A DNA stretch of 64,000 bases, taken from NCBI GenBank assembly GCA_044222475.1, contig JBGANF010000006.1:32001-96000 (forward strand), in the 5' to 3' direction. The translations under genes and the position numbers were made by a program. This DNA comes from Polyangiaceae bacterium (GTDB lineage: Bacteria; Myxococcota_A; Polyangia; Polyangiales; Polyangiaceae). This document shows, one piece after another, positions 60,900-64,000 of this stretch. The notes under the pieces were generated by a model. That model saw only the letters and a list, made by a program, of their open reading frames with translations, did no database searches and had not been told where the DNA came from. Each line of letters starts with the position of its first letter. The stretch's first letter is position 1.

Positions 60900-61466
60900 A
60901 TGAAACGGCTTGCTTGGGCGATTCTTACGGCCTCGCTCCTGGCGTGCGGCGCCTGCGGTGGAGGCACGGTCACGACCGGGACGGATGCGTCCACGAACGA
61001 CGGCGGCACCGTGAACGACGGCTCGACCGTGGACGTGAACTACGGCGACGCCGGGACGTTCTGCGGCGCCAAGAAGGCCCACGACGAGGCCTGCCAGAAG
61101 ACGTTCGACCAGACCGCGTGCCTCAACCTCGAGGCGTGCCTCGGCGCGGTCCTGAGGCCGGAGTCGTCGGCGGGCTACCAGACGTGCCTCATCACCAAGG
61201 CGTGCAACGTGTCGGACGACAGCTGCATCGGCGCGGAGGAGGCGAAGTTCCTCCAGGACCCCGCGACGACCAAGTTCCGCCAGGACTGCTTCGCGCGCAA
61301 CACGGCGTGCCTCGAGGCGGGGGCGTCGTTCGGCAACGACAGCTGCGGGACGTTCGGCGTCTTCAAGGACTCGTTCCGCGCGAGCTGGGCCGACTGTCTG
61401 ACGAAGCCGTGCGATCAAATCGGAGCGTGCTTCTCGAACTTGGCGAAGGGGCAGAACTGCAGGTGA
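60900..61466 (+). CDS. Cys-rich lipoprotein
   Basis: Lipobox LLAC; two repeats of multi-Cys helical units. Confidence 0.75.
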   Translation: MKRLAWAILTASLLACGACGGGTVTTGTDASTNDGGTVNDGSTVDVNYGDAGTFCGAKKAHDEACQKTFDQTACLNLEACLGAVLRPESSAGYQTCLITKACNVSDDSCIGAEEAKFLQDPATTKFRQDCFARNTACLEAGASFGNDSCGTFGVFKDSFRASWADCLTKPCDQIGACFSNLAKGQNCR

Positions 61467-61473
61467 AGGCGCT

Positions 61474-61743
61474 TCACTCGCACGTGACCGGGTAGTCGTA
61501 GCCGGCCCCGCCGGGCGAGGAATCCCAGAAGAACGGCTGCAGTGCCTCGAACGCACTGATCGCGCACGCGTCCACCGTGCCCGTGGCGCCACCCACGAGT
61601 GCGCGGTCGCACTCGCGCGCGCTGCCGCCGCTGCGTTCGACCAGGTCGTCGCCCAGGTCGCACTACCCTCGGCATCCGCCGCCGACGAGAGCGACCGTCG
61701 CGGTCACCACGAGGAGCGATGCTCGAGCCACGCCGAACGGCAT
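61474..61743 (-). pseudogene. Small lipoprotein gene interrupted by an in-frame TAG
   Basis: MPFGVARASLLVVTATVALVGGGCRG*CDLGDDLVERSGGSARECDRALVGGATGTVDACAISAFEALQPFFWDSSPGGAGYDYPVTCE*; TAG at 61663-61665. Confidence 0.55.
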
Positions 61744-61845
61744 GTCAGCTCCGTAGCGCGACTATTTGCGCCCAACCTCGACTGAGAAGAAGGTGCGGGC
61801 GACGTCTTGACTTCATGCGCTCGAAACATAAAGCTGCCCTAATCA

Positions 61846-62502
61846 ATGACGTCCCGGCAGCTCGGCCTCTTTCAATCTTCGAAACGCGGGGGCGCGCGAC
61901 CGGGGGCGGGTCGAAAGCCAGGCCTTCGGCCGATCGTCCTCCACCGCGCACGACCGAGCCACCGCGCGCGCCACCCAGTGCATGTGACGCTGCGCGCGCG
62001 ACCGGGGTTGCCGTCGTTTCGGGAACAAGCTCTCTTCGGCGAAATGACCCGTGCGATCGCTGCGGCGTCGAGCTCTCCAGCGGTGGGCAGATCGTTTCGC
62101 GTGGTCGAGTTCTCGGTACAGACCAACCACGTCCACCTCGTCATCGAGGCGCACGACGCGCGTTCCCTCTCGCGCGGCATGCTCGGCCTGAACGTGCGGC
62201 TGGCGCGAGCGATCAACGGTACCCTGCTCACGCGCGGAAAGGTGTGGAGGGAGCGCTACCACGCCCGTGCGCTCCAGACGCCGCGAGAGGTGCGGAACGC
62301 GCTCGTCTACGTGCTGATGAACGCCAAGAAGCACGGGGTTCGTCTCACGGGCATCGACCGCTTCTCGTCGGCCCGGTGGTTCGACGGCTTCGTGGATCGC
62401 TCCGCAGTCGAGGGGCGACCGACGGCCGCGCCGAGGACGTGGCTCGGGGGGGTGGGCTGGCGCATGCACGGCCTGGTTCGCACGGACGAACGCCCGAGCT
62501 AG
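61846..62502 (+). mobile_element. HUH Y1 transposase (IS200/RAYT-like)
   Basis: PVHVTLR, FSVQTNHVHLVIEA (HUH), W.ERYH..L, YVLMN..KHG (catalytic Tyr). Confidence 0.85.
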
Positions 62503-62511
62503 GGAGCGCTC

Positions 62512-62832
62512 TCAGTCGACGCAGGCTTCCCACTCGTTGGCGTTTCCGGCTTTCAGCGCGCACTGGACTTGGCTCGCGCGCACCTCGGTCTCGCACTGGG
62601 TGCGCGCGCGGAGGTACTCGGGGCTCGTGCGCTTGTCCTGCTTCTTGACGTCGCGCACCGCGCCTCGAGTCTCCTCCGGGATCCCCTTGAGGCTCGGGTC
62701 GCCGTCGATCGTGAAGTCGACGTAGCGATCGAGGATCTGCTGGCACTCCTCCGGAGTCGCGTGGCGCGAGCAGGCGCCCAGCGTGAGCAGGGCCACTAGG
62801 CCAACTAGGCCAACGAGGTCGAAGGCGCGCAT
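62512..62832 (-). CDS. Small 4-Cys helical lipoprotein
   Basis: Lipobox LGAC; EEC...QC...VQCALKA..EWEAC. Confidence 0.8.
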   Translation of the reverse strand: MRAFDLVGLVGLVALLTLGACSRHATPEECQQILDRYVDFTIDGDPSLKGIPEETRGAVRDVKKQDKRTSPEYLRARTQCETEVRASQVQCALKAGNANEWEACVD

Positions 62833-62893
62833 CCGCACGAGAGCTGTCTACTACGCTTGCAGAGTCCCCGGAAGGTCAGGCAAGGTTCGTTTC

Positions 62894-63997
62894 ATGGCTC
62901 GATTGATGAACTTCAACGCAGGTCCGGCGGCGCTTCCTCAGGCCGCGCTCGAACGCGCCCAGGCCGAGCTCCTCGAGCTCGGGAAAGCGGGCGCCTCCGT
63001 CCTCGAGATCAGCCACCGCGGCAAGGAGTTCGAGGCCGTCCACCACGAGACCATCGAGCGCCTGCGCCGGCTCGCCGGCATCGACGACTCGTGGGCGGTG
63101 CTGCTCGTGCAAGGCGGCGCGTCGCAGCAGTTCGCCCAGATCCCGATGGCGTTCCTCGGTGCCGGGAAGACCGCCGCGTACGCCGTGACCGGCGTCTGGG
63201 GCGAGAAGGCGATTCAAGAGGCCGAGCGCACCGCGAAGCTCCTCGGCGGCACCGTGAAGACGGCCGCCTCCACGAAGGACGGAAACACCTACAAGCGCGC
63301 GGTCCGCGCCGGTGAGCTCGAGGTCGATCCGTCGCTCGCGTACGTCCACACGACCAGCAACGAGACCATCCACGGCGTGCAGCAGCACGTGACGCTCCTC
63401 ACGTCACCGGTCCCTCACGTCTGCGACATGAGCAGCGACTTCCTCTGGAAGAAGACCGACTTCTCGCCGTACTCGTTCGTCTACGCGGGCGCGCAGAAGA
63501 ACATCGGTCCGAGCGGCATCGTCGTCATCCTCGCGAAGAAGTCGTTTCTCGAGACGTCACGCAAGGACCTTCCGAAGATCTTCGACTACGCGAACATCCT
63601 CGAGAACGACTCGCTCTACAACACACCTCCGACGTTCTCGATCTACCTCGCGCGCAACGTGCTCGCCTGGGTGGAGGAGCAGGGCGGGGTGGCCGCGGTC
63701 GAGACCCGCAACCGCGAGAAGGCGGCGCTCGTCTACCGCGCGCTCGACGACGCCGGCGGTTTCTACGATCTCCCGGTGGAGCGCGAGAGCCGCAGCACGA
63801 TGAACGTCGTCTTCCGGATGAAGACCCCGGAGCTCGAAGAGAAGTTCCTCGCCGCGGCGAAAGCAGCCGGCATGATCGGGCTCAAGGGCCACCGATCCGT
63901 CGGCGGGATGCGCGCGTCGCTGTACAACGCCGTCTCGGTCGAGTGGGCGAAGGCGCTGTCCGAGCTGATCGCCGACTTCGCGAAGAAGAACGGTTGA
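62894..63997 (+). CDS. serC: Phosphoserine aminotransferase
   Basis: NFNAGPA, EISHRG, QGGASQQF, NETIHG, DMSSD, AGAQKNIGP, YNTPP, GHRSVGGMRASLYNA. Confidence 0.97.
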   Translation: MARLMNFNAGPAALPQAALERAQAELLELGKAGASVLEISHRGKEFEAVHHETIERLRRLAGIDDSWAVLLVQGGASQQFAQIPMAFLGAGKTAAYAVTGVWGEKAIQEAERTAKLLGGTVKTAASTKDGNTYKRAVRAGELEVDPSLAYVHTTSNETIHGVQQHVTLLTSPVPHVCDMSSDFLWKKTDFSPYSFVYAGAQKNIGPSGIVVILAKKSFLETSRKDLPKIFDYANILENDSLYNTPPTFSIYLARNVLAWVEEQGGVAAVETRNREKAALVYRALDDAGGFYDLPVERESRSTMNVVFRMKTPELEEKFLAAAKAAGMIGLKGHRSVGGMRASLYNAVSVEWAKALSELIADFAKKNG

Positions 63998-64000
63998 GTC

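Noticed and set aside
61663..61665. Pyrrolysine or recoded amber codon
   Set aside because: Other genes in the window use TAG as a normal stop; no pyl genes or other support

Overview
High-GC bacterial chromosomal DNA. The gene content (eukaryote-like Ser/Thr kinases, an FHA/PP2C pair, many Cys-rich lipoproteins, a PEGA-like kinase tail, TPR proteins) points to Myxococcota, probably Polyangiales; this is an inference. There are about 60 densely packed CDSs, including housekeeping lipB, guaB, ltaE, lhr, fmt and serC, and one tRNA-Thr(CGT). Most long ORFs in the supplied track are GC-rich antisense or read-through artefacts, so I re-called the starts by eye. Best candidates for new biology: (1) a DUF692/MNIO RiPP-like locus at 38.7-44.2 kb, made of a YceI lipoprotein, a lipoprotein precursor with two separated GQxSCxxxxCG motifs, an MNIO and a displaced DUF2063 partner, behind an ECF-type GTAACT-N16-CGTA promoter; (2) inside that locus, a two-gene module pairing a tandem PruR/SUOX-like exported protein with a membrane class III cyclase that carries Cya2-like guanylate-cyclase residues; (3) a collapsed prophage at tRNA-Thr whose integrase frame runs through the tRNA; (4) three families of short palindromic intergenic repeats and a RAYT-like HUH transposase. 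Two small duplications (in guaB and upstream of fmt) may be assembly artefacts. All family names come from motif recognition, not from database searches.
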